Shown here: positions 49,403 to 63,595 of the stretch, in pieces
Layout: the number at the start of each line of letters is the position of its first letter
Position numbering within the stretch: the stretch's first letter is position 1
Source: Isurus oxyrinchus
Taxonomy: Eukaryota
Assembly: GCA_026770705.1 (NCBI GenBank)
Contig: JANJGN010000121.1
Span: forward strand, 1,178,001-1,242,000
Direction of reading: 5' to 3'
DNA length: 64,000 nt
The notes under the pieces: model-generated
The model's database searches: none
Told to the model about the DNA's origin: nothing
What the model saw: the letters and a program-made list of their open reading frames with translations, nothing else
Made by a program: the position numbers and the translations under genes

Positions 49403-49689
49403 GTGTGAAACAGGGAGCGGGGCTGTGGGGTGTGTGCAGCCAACATGGCCAAATAGTAATGAACAGAAATATGATGTTGCTCAACTTTTTTTTATTGGTT
49501 CTGAGTGAGCTTTCTGAATGCTGCACCTTTTTCCATGCTGTAAAAGATTGTGAGAAGCTTATGAATTATGTATAATTTAACATCTGTTAATACAAGGTGA
49601 GGTGAGAGTGACTGCCTTTGACATCAAGGCTGCATTTGACCGAGTGTGGCATCTAGGATCCCGAGTAAAACTGGAGTCAATGGGAATCA

Positions 49690-50640
49690 GGGGTGGTACG
49701 AAAGTATAATAATTTGCTTAATATTTTCCTGGTTTGTTGTAAACTAGGTTTATGGGTGTGAGTGTAGATGGGTCTGTCTGTGTGGTTTAATTACACCTGG
49801 AGTCAGGTAGACTGCAAGTTTGAGATTATCAAAAGAAGCTAGGTGTAGAAATGTACTTGAAATGCTAATGAGTGAACATGGAGGCTTTCTTTGCATGTGA
49901 GGTGAGAAAGAGAATTTTAATTTTTAGGTAAGTGAAGGGATTGTTTGGATTTCAAAGGGCTGTTGGTCTGTTTACAACGAGGCCGATATGCAAGGCAAAG
50001 GAGTGTGTTTATTTTTCCCAAAGGTTATTGACAACATTGGCAACATGAAAGTTTTTATATTATGGGAAATGTATCATTCCAAAGACATATGGAACAATGA
50101 AATTTACATATCAAAGAGAGAGAAACATCAACAATGGAGAATGAAAGGCTATGTTGGGGATCATGTAAAATCTAACAAGAGTGTGTGAATCAGCCTTGAA
50201 GAAGCCTCCAGGCATTTGTCCATAGGTCTGTTATGTTCAGCGACTGTCGTTCGAGAAAGCCATTTGGAAATCCACTCTCAAGTGTGTTCTGTGTTAACTT
50301 GCTGGTTCTGTTTTTAAATCTAAAATCTATTTTGGTTTATTGCCTAAAAGGAGTTTTACTGCTCACTTCCAGACTTCCCAATGCCTGTCCACCATCTTCA
50401 AGGTTAATTAGGAAGTTTAGGATTTGTTATAGTAGTAACCGTATCCTTATGTGTGTGCTTTAAATCTTAAATAAATATTAAAATTTAATTTTTAAGATCT
50501 CTAAATGTCTTGGTTGACACATTACTCCTGAATTCAGTGCACACATCTCATAATAAATACAAATCGCAAAACTGTTGTGATAGTGTGACCAAGTTTCCCT
50601 TGTGGATTTGGTCCCCCGGCACACATCATCTACCACATCA
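49690..50640 (+). mobile_element. Solo-LTR-like element nested in a LINE
   Basis: LINE sequence ...GGAATCAGGG resumes as GGGAAAACTCTCCACTGG after the element; homologous to 14938-15861. Confidence 0.65.
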
Positions 50641-51690
50641 TAACAGAGGGAAAACTCTCCACTGGTTGGAGCCATACCCAGCACAAAGGAAGATAGTTGT
50701 GGTTGTTGGAGGTCAATCATCTCAGTTCCAGGACATCACTGCAGGAGTTACTCAGGGTAGTGTCCAAGACCCAACCACCTTCAGCTGCTTCATCAATGAC
50801 CTTCCTTCCATCATAAGGACAGAAGTGTGGATGTTCACTGATGATTGCACAATGTTCAGCACCATTCACGTCTCCTCAGATACTGAAGCAGTCCTTGTCC
50901 AAATGCAGCAAGACCTGGACAATATCCAGGCTTGGGCTGACAAGTGTCAGGCAATGACCATCTCCAATAAGAGAGAATCTAACCATCGCTCCTTGATGTT
51001 CAATGACATTACCACTGCTGAATGCCCCACTATCAACATCCTGGTGGTTACCATTGACCAGAAATTGTACTGGACTAGCCATAAAAATACTGTGGCTACA
51101 AGAGCAGGTCAGAGGCTGGGAATCATGCAGTGAGTAACTCACTCCAGACTCCCCAAAACCTGTCCACCGTCTTCAAGGCACAGGTCAGGAGTGTGATGGA
51201 AGACTCTCCACTTGCCTGGATGAGTGCAGCTCCAACAAGATTCAATAAACTCAACACCACTCAGGACAAAGCAGCCCCACTAGTTCGGCTCCCCATCCAC
51301 AAACATTCACTCTCTGCACAACCGACACACAGTAGCAGCAGTGTGTACCAGCTACAAGGTGCACTGCAGGAACTCACCAAAACTCCTTAGGCAGCACCTT
51401 CAAACACACGACCACTACCATCTCGAATTACAGGGCAGCAGATACATGGTAACACCACCACCTGGAAGTTACCCTCCAAGTCACTCACTATCCTGACTTG
51501 GAAATATATCGGCCGTTCCTTCACAGTCACTGGGTCCTAATCCTGGAACACCCTCCCTAACAGCATTGTGGGTGTACCTACACCACATAGACTGCAACAG
51601 TTCAAGAAGGCAGCTCATTACCATATTCTCAAGGGCTATTAGGGATGGGCAATAATTCTGGCCTCGCCAGTTCCGTCCATATCCCATAAA
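50640..51690 (+). mobile_element. LINE reverse transcriptase fragment
   Basis: AGVTQGSVQDP, FINDLP, MFTDDCT motifs. Confidence 0.85.
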
Positions 51691-52739
51691 TGAATATAAA
51701 AAACAAGCAATTAAAATGCTCAGACATTTCTCTATATTGTTTTTCAAATGAAATACCATACTCTGGTGAATAACTGCATTCTCCAAGGCACCATTTCCTG
51801 TTATCACATGCCCTTTTCATTATTTACAATCATGTACCTTCATTTGTAATGTAACATTCCCATGTAAACATGTCACACTGTAGTTACACCCTCCTGCCAG
51901 TGGTGGTGCTCTAGTGTCATAGTTTTACCTCTCAGAAGATGGAGGAAATATATCCACTGTATTTACAATATTAGAAACACTCAGGGGTGACCAGGGGATT
52001 CTTTAGGTCATGTTTACGATGTTGTTAAGATACAAGGGGCCAGTGGGATTTTTCCACTGCGTTTACAATGTTGTTAAGACAGGATTCGGGTGAAAGATGA
52101 CCTTCAACCCATCATCCCTCTCATGCCGCGAGGGATCAATAGCCTTAAGTCAGGGCCTGGCAGTTTGTGGGAACAGTCCCTGTGCCTGATTGGATAGGCT
52201 CAAAGTGAACCCAGTGTTGGGTCTTGAGCCTCAAGATCCTGGAACAGGCACAGAGTGGACACCTCGGATGGATGTCAAAAACCCCATGGACACTTTTTGG
52301 GTGAAGTGTAGGGGGTGGGTATGGAGTCGGGTGGGGCAGTTATCCCCAGTGTCCTGGGACCAATATTTATCCCTAAACCAACATCATTAAAAAAAAACAG
52401 ATGTTCTGGGTCTGTATCTCACTGCTGTTTGTGGGATCCTGCTGTGCAGAAATTGTCTGCCATGTTTCCTACTGTTCCACAGCATCCACTGTTCAAAAAC
52501 ATTTCTCAGGGAATGAAGGACTATCTTTGAAGTGCAGATCCCCGTTGTAATGTAGGAAACACCACAGTCAATTTGCGCACAGCAAGCTCCCACAAACAGC
52601 AATGTGAGAATGAGCCAGACCATCTGTTTTTAGGGTGTTAGTTGGGGGTAAATATTGGCCCCAGTATTCTAAGGCACTCGATACAGGGTTGTGTTTAAGA
52701 AGTTTTTGAAGTGTCTGGCACAGTTTTCTAAAGCCCCTC

Positions 52740-53700
52740 TCAGACCCCACCTGTAGTCACTGGGGTCAGTCCTGGACCCCACACCTCAGGGAGGGGATAT
52801 TGTCCTCGGAGGGGCTGCAGCCCAGAGTCACCAGAACGATCCCGGGGCTGAAAGGGTTAAATCCCGAGGACAGGTTGCACAGACCAGGCTTGTGTTCCCT
52901 CGAGTCTCGAAGATTAAGGGGTGATCTAATCGAGGGGTTTAAGATGAATAAAGGATTCGATGGGGTCGATAGAGAGAAACTATTTCCCCGGATGGTGGNN
53001 NNNNNNNNNNNNNNNNNNNNNNNNNNNNNNNNNNNNNNNNNNNNNNNNNNNNNNNNNNNNNNNNNNNNNNNNNNNNNNNNNNNNNNNNNNNNNNNNNNNN
53101 NNNNNNNNNNNNNNNNNNNNNNNNNNNNNNNNNNNNNNNNNNNNNNNNNNNNNNNNNNNNNNNNNNNNNNNNNNNNNNNNNNNNNNNNNNNNNNNNNNNN
53201 NNNNNNNNNNNNNNNNNNNNNNNNNNNNNNNNNNNNNNNNNNNNNNNNNNNNNNNNNNNNNNNNNNNNNNNNNNNNNNNNNNNNNNNNNNNNNNNNNNNN
53301 NNNNNNNNNNNNNNNNNNNNNNNNNNNNNNNNNNNNNNNNNNNNNNNNNNNNNNNNNNNNNNNNNNNNNNNGTGGTGGGGGTGAGGTGAGGGGGGGTTCA
53401 GAACAAGGGGGCAGAACATTAACATTGGAGCCAGGCCGTTCAGGGGGTGATGTCAGGAAGCACTTCTTCACACAAAGCGGGGGTGGAAATCTGGAACTCT
53501 CTCCCCCAGAAAAAGCTGTCGAGACTGGGAGGGGTCAATTGTAAATTTCAAAACTGAGATTGGGAGATTGTTGTTGGGTCGGGGGTTAAGGGTCACGGAA
53601 CCGAGGCGGGTGGATGGGGTTAAGATACAGATCAGCTGTGATGTAGTCAAATAGAGAAGGAGGCTAGAGGGGCTGAATGGCCTCTTCCTGTTCCTGTGCA
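52740..53700 (+). mobile_element. CR1 LINE 3' fragment (spans an N run)
   Basis: SLESRRLRGDLIE motif and CR1 tail. Confidence 0.8.
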
Positions 53701-56059
53701 TCAGACTCGACAGGAGGAGGAGGGGAGGAGGAGAAAGATGAGGATGAGGTGGAGGGAGGTGGGGGGTTGAGGAGGGGGAGGCGTGGGAGTATGAGGAGAG
53801 AGACGAGGAGGGACGCAGAGGAGCAGGAGGATGAAGAGTGGAGGAGGGACTAGTTACTCTCTGAGCTGCATCTTCCAAATCCTTATTTGATGCCGTGCAT
53901 GTGGGGTTGGAAGATTTTTTTTAAAACCACAGGCAGTTCACAGAAACCCACAGGAAACCCACAGAGAGACAGTCACTGGAATACACACTCACTCCTTGTG
54001 GTTTCACCTTTTAACCACATCCTGTCTGTGTGGCTTAAATGTTAAACACACCGGCCACACTCAGGGAAGTTNNNNNNNNNNNNNNNNNNNNNNNNNNNNN
54101 NNNNNNNNNNNNNNNNNNNNNNNNNNNNNNNNNNNNNNNNNNNNNNNNNNNNNNNNNNNNNNNNNNNNNNNNNNNNNNNNNNNNNNNNNNNNNNNNNNNN
54201 NNNNNNNNNNNNNNNNNNNNNNNNNNNNNNNNNNNNNNNNNNNNNNNNNNNNNNNNNNNNNNNNNNNNNNNNNNNNNNNNNNNNNNNNNNNNNNNNNNNN
54301 NNNNNNNNNNNNNNNNNNNNNNNNNNNNNNNNNNNNNNNNNNNNNNNNNNNNNNNNNNNNNNNNNNNNNNNNNNNNNNNNNNNNNNNNNNNNNNNNNACA
54401 CTCACATACACACATAGACACACACACACACATACACAAACACACATACACACGCTCACACGCTTACAGACAGACACAAACACACTTACATTCTCATATT
54501 CACACATTCACACACACATTCACTCACACACGTGCACAAATACAAACACAAAGACAATATCCCAATGACAGCAAACTGCGATTAAGAGCTTCCTACAACT
54601 GAACTAACAGACCAAAGACATATTGTACTGTCTAAAAGTGACCTGTTTTTCAAAGAAATACAAGATTGTACACAGATCAAAAATGGCTGACACAAGTCAT
54701 CTGATTGCTGATACTGTGAAGTTGATCACTTCTCTGGAAAGGTTCAAATGAATTGCACTGCAGACCTGTTGCATGGAAGGTCACGCCTGGGGTGTGTCAG
54801 GGTGCACTTCAAACAGGGACACTCTTAAAAGGAAGGCATTAAAATGCAAAGTGCTGGACTTTGATCAGCTGTGGTTCTATCAAAACAGTGGGAACTGCTC
54901 ACCAAGCGGATAATCATCAGCCATTCAAAACCCCCTCTGGAGGATACAATACCCCCATCTCCTGTTGATTTATATCTTGAAATGCATCAAATGTTTTGGA
55001 GATGCAAAGATAAAAAATGGGAGTACTTGGCCTTTAACAATATCTGAAGCTAACAGAGTGTCTTCAACAACGTGAAAATCTGAGCCAGATGAAATACAGG
55101 ATTCTACAGCAAACCAACTAATTTAAAACAGCTTCAAACTTCACAGCCTACGCTGCAGTATAAGCTAACAACTCTTTTAATTTTTTATTGGACTCCATAA
55201 TNNNNNNNNNNNNNNNNNNNNNNNNNNNNNNNNNNNNNNNNNNNNNNNNNNNNNNNNNNNNNNNNNNNNNNNNNNNNNNNNNNNNNNNNNNNNNNNNNNN
55301 NNNNNNNNNNNNNNNNNNNNNNNNNNNNNNNNNNNNNNNNNNNNNNNNNNNNNNNNNNNNNNNNNNNNNNNNNNNNNNNNNNNNNNNNNNNNNNNNNNNN
55401 NNNNNNNNNNNNNNNNNNNNNNNNNNNNNNNNNNNNNNNNNNNNNNNNNNNNNNNNNNNNNNNNNNNNNNNNNNNNNNNNNNNNNNNNNNNNNNNNNNNN
55501 NNNNNNNNNNNNNNNTTTCTCCAGTTAGGTAACGAGTAAAATAACTCTTTCTTTGACTCAACCGAACGTGGTTTAATTGTTTTGGAAATTGCATTTGGGG
55601 GAAAATATATTTTAAAACCCTTTTTTGTGACCAACCATGGGGTTTGAATAGAAAGGGAGCCAGTTCACTCCCCGTCAACCANNNNNNNNNNNNNNNNNNN
55701 NNNNNNNNNNNNNNNNNNNNNNNNNNNNNNNNNNNNNNNNNNNNNNNNNNNNNNNNNNNNNNNNNNNNNNNNNNNNNNNNNNNNNNNNNNNNNNNNNNNN
55801 NNNNNNNNNNNNNNNNNNNNNNNNNNNNNNNNNNNNNNNNNNNNNNNNNNNNNNNNNNNNNNNNNNNNNNNNNNNNNNNNNNNNNNNNNNNNNNNNNNNN
55901 NNNNNNNNNNNNNNNNNNNNNNNNNNNNNNNNNNNNNNNNNNNNNNNNNNNNNNNNNNNNNNNNNNNNNNNNNNNNNNNNNNNNNNNNNNNNNNNNNNNN
56001 NNNNNNNNNNAATGACAGGAAACTGCGACTGAGTGATAGCATGTCAGGAATATATAATA

Positions 56060-57215
56060 ATCTCCATAATGTTATTGGAATTTATTGTAAAATAGAGTCC
56101 ATGTCTATGTGTCCACATGTGTCTGTGATGTGTTTGTGTGAGACTTATTGGAATTAGAGGAAGCTGGTCTGGGTGTTTTGATGGAAGAAGAGAAGTTAGG
56201 TTTGAACTGTTAGATAAACATGGGGAAGTTTTAGAATGTGAAGTGTAAAGGGGGCAATTTGCATTTTAAATTAAACCAAACTAGATTGTTTTCAAAGAAG
56301 GAGAGAAATGTGTCACCCAGCCAGGTGAAGATAAGAAACAGTGTGTTTATTTTTGCCAAAGATTACTGGTAAAAGTTAGGACTATGAGAGATTTGTATTA
56401 TTACAAAAATAAAGTCCAAAGACAAAACAAAAACAATGGGAATTTGCATTCAAAGGGGAAAATATGTATCAAGGAGTGAAGGCTGTGTGTAAGGGTTGGT
56501 CTTTTTAAGAGCTTACAATGGTGAAAAGCCATCAGCCTGCATGTCCCAAGCTGCTGCCTCCAGGGACTGAAGTTAAGATAACTCATTTTGATCTCAGCTG
56601 TCCAGAGTATCGTTTATTTTTCCTGGGACTTTTAAAGTCTCAGTGTTTTACTGTTGCCTGAACAAAAGTGTAAATGGAAGTTAAATTAATTAAGAGATTT
56701 AGAAGTTATTATAGTAGCAATTTATAGATATATGTGTGTGCTTAAAAATAATTTTTCTTGTTAATCAATGTTTAATTTAGTTTTATAAAAAACCTCTTAC
56801 ACTTTGAAAAAAGGGTGAACTCAAATTGTAAAGTGCTTTGGGACATCCAAATATCATGCTATACAGAAGAGAGTTGATTGGAGCAGCAAGTGTTTTACTT
56901 ACAGGAGAATGAGTCCCCAGGGTTGTAGAGTCAATCCTATCAGATGAATGACTAACTGGAGACACTGATCCAATTCTGGAAATGTTTAGTTTACCAGGTT
57001 TGGAGGAGAGATGATCTTCCTCTCCTGACTGCATCAGACAAGTGGTGAACCTGTTGAGGTAAACAGAATTACCTCTTAAACCTCTTAACCTCATTACTAC
57101 TGAATTTAAAGCTCACACCTCAAAACATACAAGTTGGAAATTAGTTGTGACAGTTGTTTCAAGTTTCCCTCCAGGATTTGAACAGCTCAGCATTTACCAT
57201 CTGTTATGTCATAAC
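56060..57215 (+). mobile_element. Solo-LTR-like element with internal insertion
   Basis: Homology to the 4390-5136 family, ends GTCATAACA. Confidence 0.5.
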
Positions 57216-58011
57216 AGAGCTTCCTTTAACTTCATCAACGAGCCAAAAATGTATTGAACTGTTTAAAGGAGACCTGTTTTTTCAAAAGTACAAGATTAGG
57301 CACTGATCAATAATGGCTGTCACGAGTCACCTGATTGCTGATACTGCAAACTTGATCACTTCTCTGGAAAGCTTCAAATGAATTGCACTTCAGACATGTT
57401 GCATGAAAGTTCTCACTGAGGTGTGTCAGTGTACACTTGAAACAGGGTCTCCCTTAAAAATGCAAAGCGCTGGACTCTGATCACTGTAGGTCTATCAAAG
57501 TAATGGGATCTGCTCACCGTGCAGATATTCATCAAACATTCAACACCCCTTGTGGAGAATGAAATGTCTCCATCTCCTGTTGATCTATATCTTGAAATGC
57601 ATCAAATGTTTCAGAGATACAAACATCAAAAAAATGGGATTACTTGGTCTGTAACAATGAATGCAAGACATGCTGATCGAATTCCCTTTGGGAATATACA
57701 GACAGGAGTTTAACAACAGGTTCTGTCAAGCAGATATAAGAGAAAGTAGGAGGAAAAAGAAAGATGGCAGTCACTCAAAAACACTGCTGGAAAAGAGCAG
57801 AAATTCTCTCTCTCTCTCTCTCTCTCTTTCTGAAGCTAACAGAGCATCTTCAACAAAGTGCAAATCTGAATCAAATCACCACCAGAATGCCACAGGAAAC
57901 CAATTAACCTTGAACAGCTGCAAACGTCAGCAATCTATTTCTCAAAGACAAGCAAATGTATTAATCATATATTCTTTTACGTTTTTTATTGGACTCTAAC
58001 TTTTTTAATTC

Positions 58012-58050
<39 letters not shown>

Positions 58051-58359
58051 TGTCTGTCTGCCTTTCTGTGTATGTGTGTGTGTCTGCCTGTGCGAGCTTG
58101 TGTCAGTGTGAACGTCTGTGTATGTGTGTGTGTGTGTGTGTGTGTGTATCTGTGTGCGTGTGCATTGTTGCATCTTTATTATTAACGTTATTTAAAAATA
58201 GTGATCACACAAGCCTGGTTTCTAAGGAAATGAAACTGCAAACAATTTACAGTAAAGTGAAACGTACAGGAATACTCTATTTATTTTGAGCTAATGATAT
58301 ATAATTATACATGAGGCATGTTGCTAATTTCAAATGTCATCTGAAATATGGCAGGTCTG

Positions 58360-59110
58360 ACAGAGCAGCATTCCCTCAGTGCCCACCCTCTGACAGTGCA
58401 GCACTCCCTCAGTACTGACCCTCTGACAGTGCAGCACTCCCTCACTACTGACCTTCGGACAGTGCAGCACTCCCTCAGTACTGACCCTCTGGTAGTGCAG
58501 CACTCCCTCAGTACTGACCCTCTGACAGTGCAGCACTCCCTCACTACTGACCTTCGGACAGTGCAGCTCTCCCTCAGTACTGACCCTCTGGGAGTTCAGC
58601 ACACCCTCAGTACTGACCCTCTGACAGTGCAGCTCTCCCTCAGTACTGACCCTCAGGGAGTGCAGCACTCCCTCAGTACTGACCCTCCGACAGTGCAGCA
58701 CTCCCTCAGCACTGACCCTCCGACAGTGCAGCACTTCCTCAGTACTGACCCTCCGACAGTGCAGCTCTCCCACAGTACTGACCCTCTGGGAGTTCAGCAC
58801 ACCCTCAGTACTGACCCTCTGACAGTGCAGCACTCCCTCAGTACTGACCCTCTGGGAGTGCAGCACTCCCTCAGTACCGACCCTCTGACAGTGCAGCACT
58901 CCCTCAACACTGACCGTCCAACAGTTCAGCACTGATTCACTACTGACATTTTGATAGTGCCGCGCTCCCTCAGTATTGACCCTGTGACAGTGCAGCACTC
59001 CCTCAGTACTGACCCTCTGGGAGTGCAGCAGTTCCTCAGTGCTGACCCTCCAACAATGCAGCACTCCCTCAGCACTGACCCTCCAACAGTGCAGCACGCC
59101 CTCAGCACTC
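58360..59110. repeat. 33-bp minisatellite (~22 units)
   Basis: Direct inspection. Confidence 0.9.
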
Positions 59111-60994
59111 CCTCACTGGGGAGAGTCTGTCTGCGTTTTGAGCTGTAACCTTGAGACGGTCTCAAACCCCAACATTCCGTCTCAGAGACAGAAAGAGTGT
59201 GTGAGTGTGTGGGAGAGAAAGACAATGTGTGGGAGAGAGTGAGAGTGTGTTTGTGTGAGAGAGAGAAGGAGAGAGAGAAAGAGAAAATGTGCATGTATGT
59301 GTGTGTGTGAGTTTGTGTGTGAGCGTGTGTTTGTATGCGTGTGCATANNNNNNNNNNNNNNNNNNNNNNNNNNNNNNNNNNNNNNNNNNNNNNNNNNNNN
59401 NNNNNNNNNNNNNNNNNNNNNNNNNNNNNNNNNNNNNNNNNNNNNNNNNNNNNNNNNNNNNNNNNNNNNNNNNNNNNNNNNNNNNNNNNNACAGTTATAC
59501 AGGTTGCTAGGGACCACTTTTCCGCCTCTCTGTCAGACTGTGTGTATCTGACAGCAGGTCAGGCAGAAATAGTCCAGAATGCACTGTGGTTTTGTAGCAT
59601 TGAAACAACGACATGAACTAAATGAGTGCTGCACCAAATAAAGACATGGAGTGACCACACCAAAAAACCACGTGACTTCCCCAGTTTCACATCTCCCTCA
59701 AACACAGAAAAACTGGGTTAACACTGACCCTCCTCCCAGAGCCAGTTCACCTCGTGTCCGATGCAGTCAGGAGAGGAAGATCATCTCTCCTCCGATCCTG
59801 GTAAACTGAACATTTCCAGAATTAGATCAGCTCCCTGAAGTGTCTCCAGTTAGACATTCATCTGACAGGATTGACTCTACGACCCTGGGGACTCATTCTC
59901 CTGTAAGTAAAACACTTGCTGCTCCTGTCAAATCTCTTCTGTACAGCATGGTCTCTGGATGTCCCAGAACACTTTACAGTTGAGTTCACCCTTTTTTCGA
60001 AGTGTGGTTACTGTTGTAATGTAGGAAACGCAGCAGCCAATTAGCGCACAGCAAGCTCCCACAAACAGCAATGTGAGCATCTGTTTTTGGTGATGTTGGT
60101 TGAGGGATAAATATTGGTCCCAGGACACCGGGGAGATCTCCCCCCTGCTCTTCCTCCAAATAGTGGCTGTGGGATCTTTCACACCCGCCCGAGAGGGCAG
60201 ACGGGGGTCTCGGTTTAGTGTCTAATATTGGACTAATCTCCAGGCGAGGTTGGCTGGATGGATTATTGACAAGGTCCATTCACCCTGTAAAGAGTATCTC
60301 TGGTTTGAAATACCCAATCAAACATCGAGTTCTGTGTCTAAACTTTGTGTTGAAAAGACACCTTTCCAGCTCTTCACCTGCCATTAGCTTGTTGAGTCTT
60401 CACACGCTCTGTCTGTCCGTGACCAACCCCTCTTAGCTCATCCTTTCCTTGTCGTACATCGAGCTGTTCATCCTGACGGGTTCCCTCCTTCCCAGTAACA
60501 TTCCATCTCCGACATCAAACTAACTCCCAACACGTTGATGAATTGTATGGATTCCAGCGTCAGTTGGTTCTGTCTGAGGCTGTTTCTCTGATCGGGGACC
60601 GAGCTGTTCTGAACGGACATTGTGTTCAGCAGTTCTTATTGCAGATCAGGCTGTTCAACCAATGCTGCTGTTCACTGAGGTGACTCCGATTCTACATTCA
60701 CACATTAATGATCTCATGTCCAGCAGCAAACATCTGAATGAAGCAAGGTTCAAGAAAAATCCCAGCTGCTTGATCCGACAGTTATCTGTTCAGGCATGGC
60801 CCCTTGTTCCAAATAACAAACATTATTTAAAAATAGTCATCACATGAGCCTGGTTAACAAGGAAATGAAACCATGAACAATTTGCAGTAAAGTGAAACAT
60901 ACAGGACTAATCTATTTATATTGAGCTGATGATATAGAATTTTAGATGAGGCATGTTGCTAATTTCAAACATCATCTGAATTACGGTAGTTCTG

Positions 60995-61550
60995 ACAGTG
61001 CAGCACTCCCTCAGTACTGACCCTTTGACAGTGCAGCACTCCCTCAGTACTGACCCTCTGACAGTGCAGCACTCCCTCAGTACTGACCCTCCGACAGTGC
61101 AGCACTCCCTCAGTACTGACCCTCTGACAGTGCAGCACTCCCTCAGTACTGACACTCTGACAGTGCAGCACTCCCTCAGTACTGACCCTCTGACAGTGCA
61201 GCACTCCCTCAGCACTGACCCTCCGACAGTGCAGCACTCCCTCAGTACTGATCCTCTGACCGTGCAGCACTCCCTCAGTACTGACACTCTGACAGTGCAG
61301 CACTCCCTTAGTACTGACCCATTGACAGTACAGCACTCCCTCAGTACTGACCCTCTGACTGTACAGCACTCCCTCAGTACTGACCCTCCGACAGTGCAGC
61401 ACTCCCTCAGTACTGACCCTCTGACTGTACAGCACTCCCTCAGTACTGACCCTCTGACAGTGCAGCACTCCCTCAGCACTGACCCTCTGACAGTGCAGCA
61501 CTCCCTCAGCACTGACCCTCTGACAGTGCAGCACCCCCTGAGCACTCCCT
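60995..61550. repeat. 33-bp minisatellite (~17 homogeneous units)
   Basis: Direct inspection. Confidence 0.9.
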
Positions 61551-61614
61551 CACTGGGGAGAATCTGCCTGGGTTTTGAGCTGAAATCATGAGCAGGTCTT
61601 AAATCCTTCCGTAT

Positions 61615-62460
61615 CAGAGAGAAGAGGGAGAGAGTGTGAGAGAGAGAGAGAAAGAGCGGGAGAGAGAGACAGTGTGAGAGAGAAAAAGAGATAGAGAGAG
61701 TGTGTGCATGTGTGAGGGAGAGTGTGTGTGTATGAGGAAGAGAGTGTGCATGTGAGAGAGAGTGTGTTTGAGAGAGAGTGTGTGTATGAGAGAGTGTGTG
61801 TGAGGGAGAGAATGTGCGTGTGAGAGAGAGTGTGTGTGAGAGAGAGTGTGTGTGAGAGAGAATGTGCGAGAGAGAGAGAGGGTACTTGTGTGTGAGAGAG
61901 AGTGTGCGTGTGAGAGAGTGTGTTTGAGAGAGAGAGGGTGCTTGTGTGTGAGAGAGAATGTGCGAGAGAGAGAGAGGGTACTTGTGTGTGAGAGAGAATG
62001 TGCGAGAGAGAGAGAGGGTACTTGTGTGTGAGAGAGAGAAAGAGGGAGACAGCAGAAGAGCGAGATAGAGAGAAATGGTGAAAGTTTGAGAGAGAGAGAA
62101 TGTGTGTGTCAGAGAGAGAATGAGTGTGTTTGAGAGAGAGAGATAGAGCAGAAGAGTGCGATAGATAGAGATTGTGAGTGTTAGAGAGAGAATGTGTGTG
62201 TGTGAGAGAGAGAGAGAGCAGAGGAGTGTGATAGAGAGAGATTGTGAGTGTTAGAGAGAGAATGTGTGTGTGAGAGAGAGAGATAGAGCAGAAGAGTGTG
62301 ATAGAGACAGATTGTCAGTGTTAGAGAGAGAATGTGTGTGTGAGAGAGAGAGATAGAGCAGAAGAGTGTGATAGAGAGAGATTGTGAGTGTTAGAGAGAG
62401 AATGTGTGTGTGTGAGAGAGAGAGATAGAGCAGAAGACTGCGATAGATAGAGATTGTGAG
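61615..62460. repeat. GA/GT low-complexity tract with higher-order ~40-70 bp units
   Basis: Direct inspection. Confidence 0.85.
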
Positions 62461-62729
62461 GACTAAACTCACTGAGAGAAAAAGCTGGACACCCAGCACA
62501 GGGAGTGAGGGAACAATGAATTTTTTGCCGTCTTTGGTGAATCAGTTTGCGATGTCCCTTCTCAATCTCTCCTTCCTTGTCTTGACGTTAGTTTATTCCC
62601 TGGGGCTGTTTAATTCCCTGAAAGGTGCCATTTAACCACAAGTTGTTATTGTTTGAGGAAGAAACGCTGGGGACAATTTATGAAAAAGTCTCTGTCTTTA
62701 TCATTTTCCATTTAGATGAGGAACTGAAG

Positions 62730-62775
62730 ATGGGAGAGGTCGGTCTGATACTGATCTTCATCAGCTTGCTGCAAG
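62730..62775 (+). CDS. Gene E leader exon coding part (MGEVGLILIFISLLQ)
   Basis: Acceptor ttttccatttag at 62715, 46 nt, phase-1 donor, hydrophobic signal ending LLQ-G like the paralogs. Confidence 0.85.
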
Positions 62776-63099
62776 GTACAAATTCATTACTGATCGGAAC
62801 TCAGGGAATTGGATTCTTTCCTGGAGTGAGGAAGTGAATATTTAATTTTAGAGAAAAGGGTTAGTGATCACACAGAGAGTGAGTGAATAGCGAGTCAGAG
62901 AATTTAGCAAAAGCAAAAGTCTCATACGGACTCGAAACACCAACTCTGTTTCTCTCTCCACAGATGCTGTCAGACCGGCTGAGTTTTTCCAGCATTTTCT
63001 GTTTGTGCATCAGAGAGCTTGTTTCAATAGGAATGACAGTGCATTTATATAGCACCTTTAATGCAGTAAAACATCCTTATTGCTTCACAGGATTCCCCC

Positions 63100-63560
63100 A
63101 CAAGGGGTAACATCCCCTCAGCATCCACCCTGTCAAACCCCCCACCACCTCAGAATCTTATATGTTTCAATAAGATCACCTCTCATTCTTCTAAACTCCA
63201 ATGGATACAGGGCCCAACCTGCTCAACATTTCCTCATAAGACAAACCCCCTTCATCCCAGGAATCAGCCCAGTGATCCTCCTCTGAGCTGCCTCCAATGC
63301 AGAGTCTATCCCTCCCTAAGTAAGGAGACCAGAACTCTACACACTGCTCCTGATACAATCTCACCAACGCCCTGTACAGTTGTAGCAAGACTTCCCTCCT
63401 TTTATACTCCATCCCTTTGCAATAAAGGCCAACATTCCACTTGCCTTCCTCATTCCGTGCTGTTCCTGAATGCTGACTTTCTGTGATTCATGTACAAGGA
63501 CACCCAGATCCCTCTGTACCGCATTCTGCTGCCTCTCTCCATTGAAGTAATATTCTGCTT
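63100..63560 (-). mobile_element. CR1 LINE fragment
   Basis: EYKRREVLLQLYRALVR...CVEFWSP. Confidence 0.8.
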
Positions 63561-63595
63561 TTTGATGTCCTGTCTCTTCCCTTGTTGCCTTTCAG

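Noticed and set aside
60200-60800. Unique-looking segment that might be coding on the minus strand
   Set aside because: Frequent stops and no convincing splice or domain signature; possibly an old TE remnant
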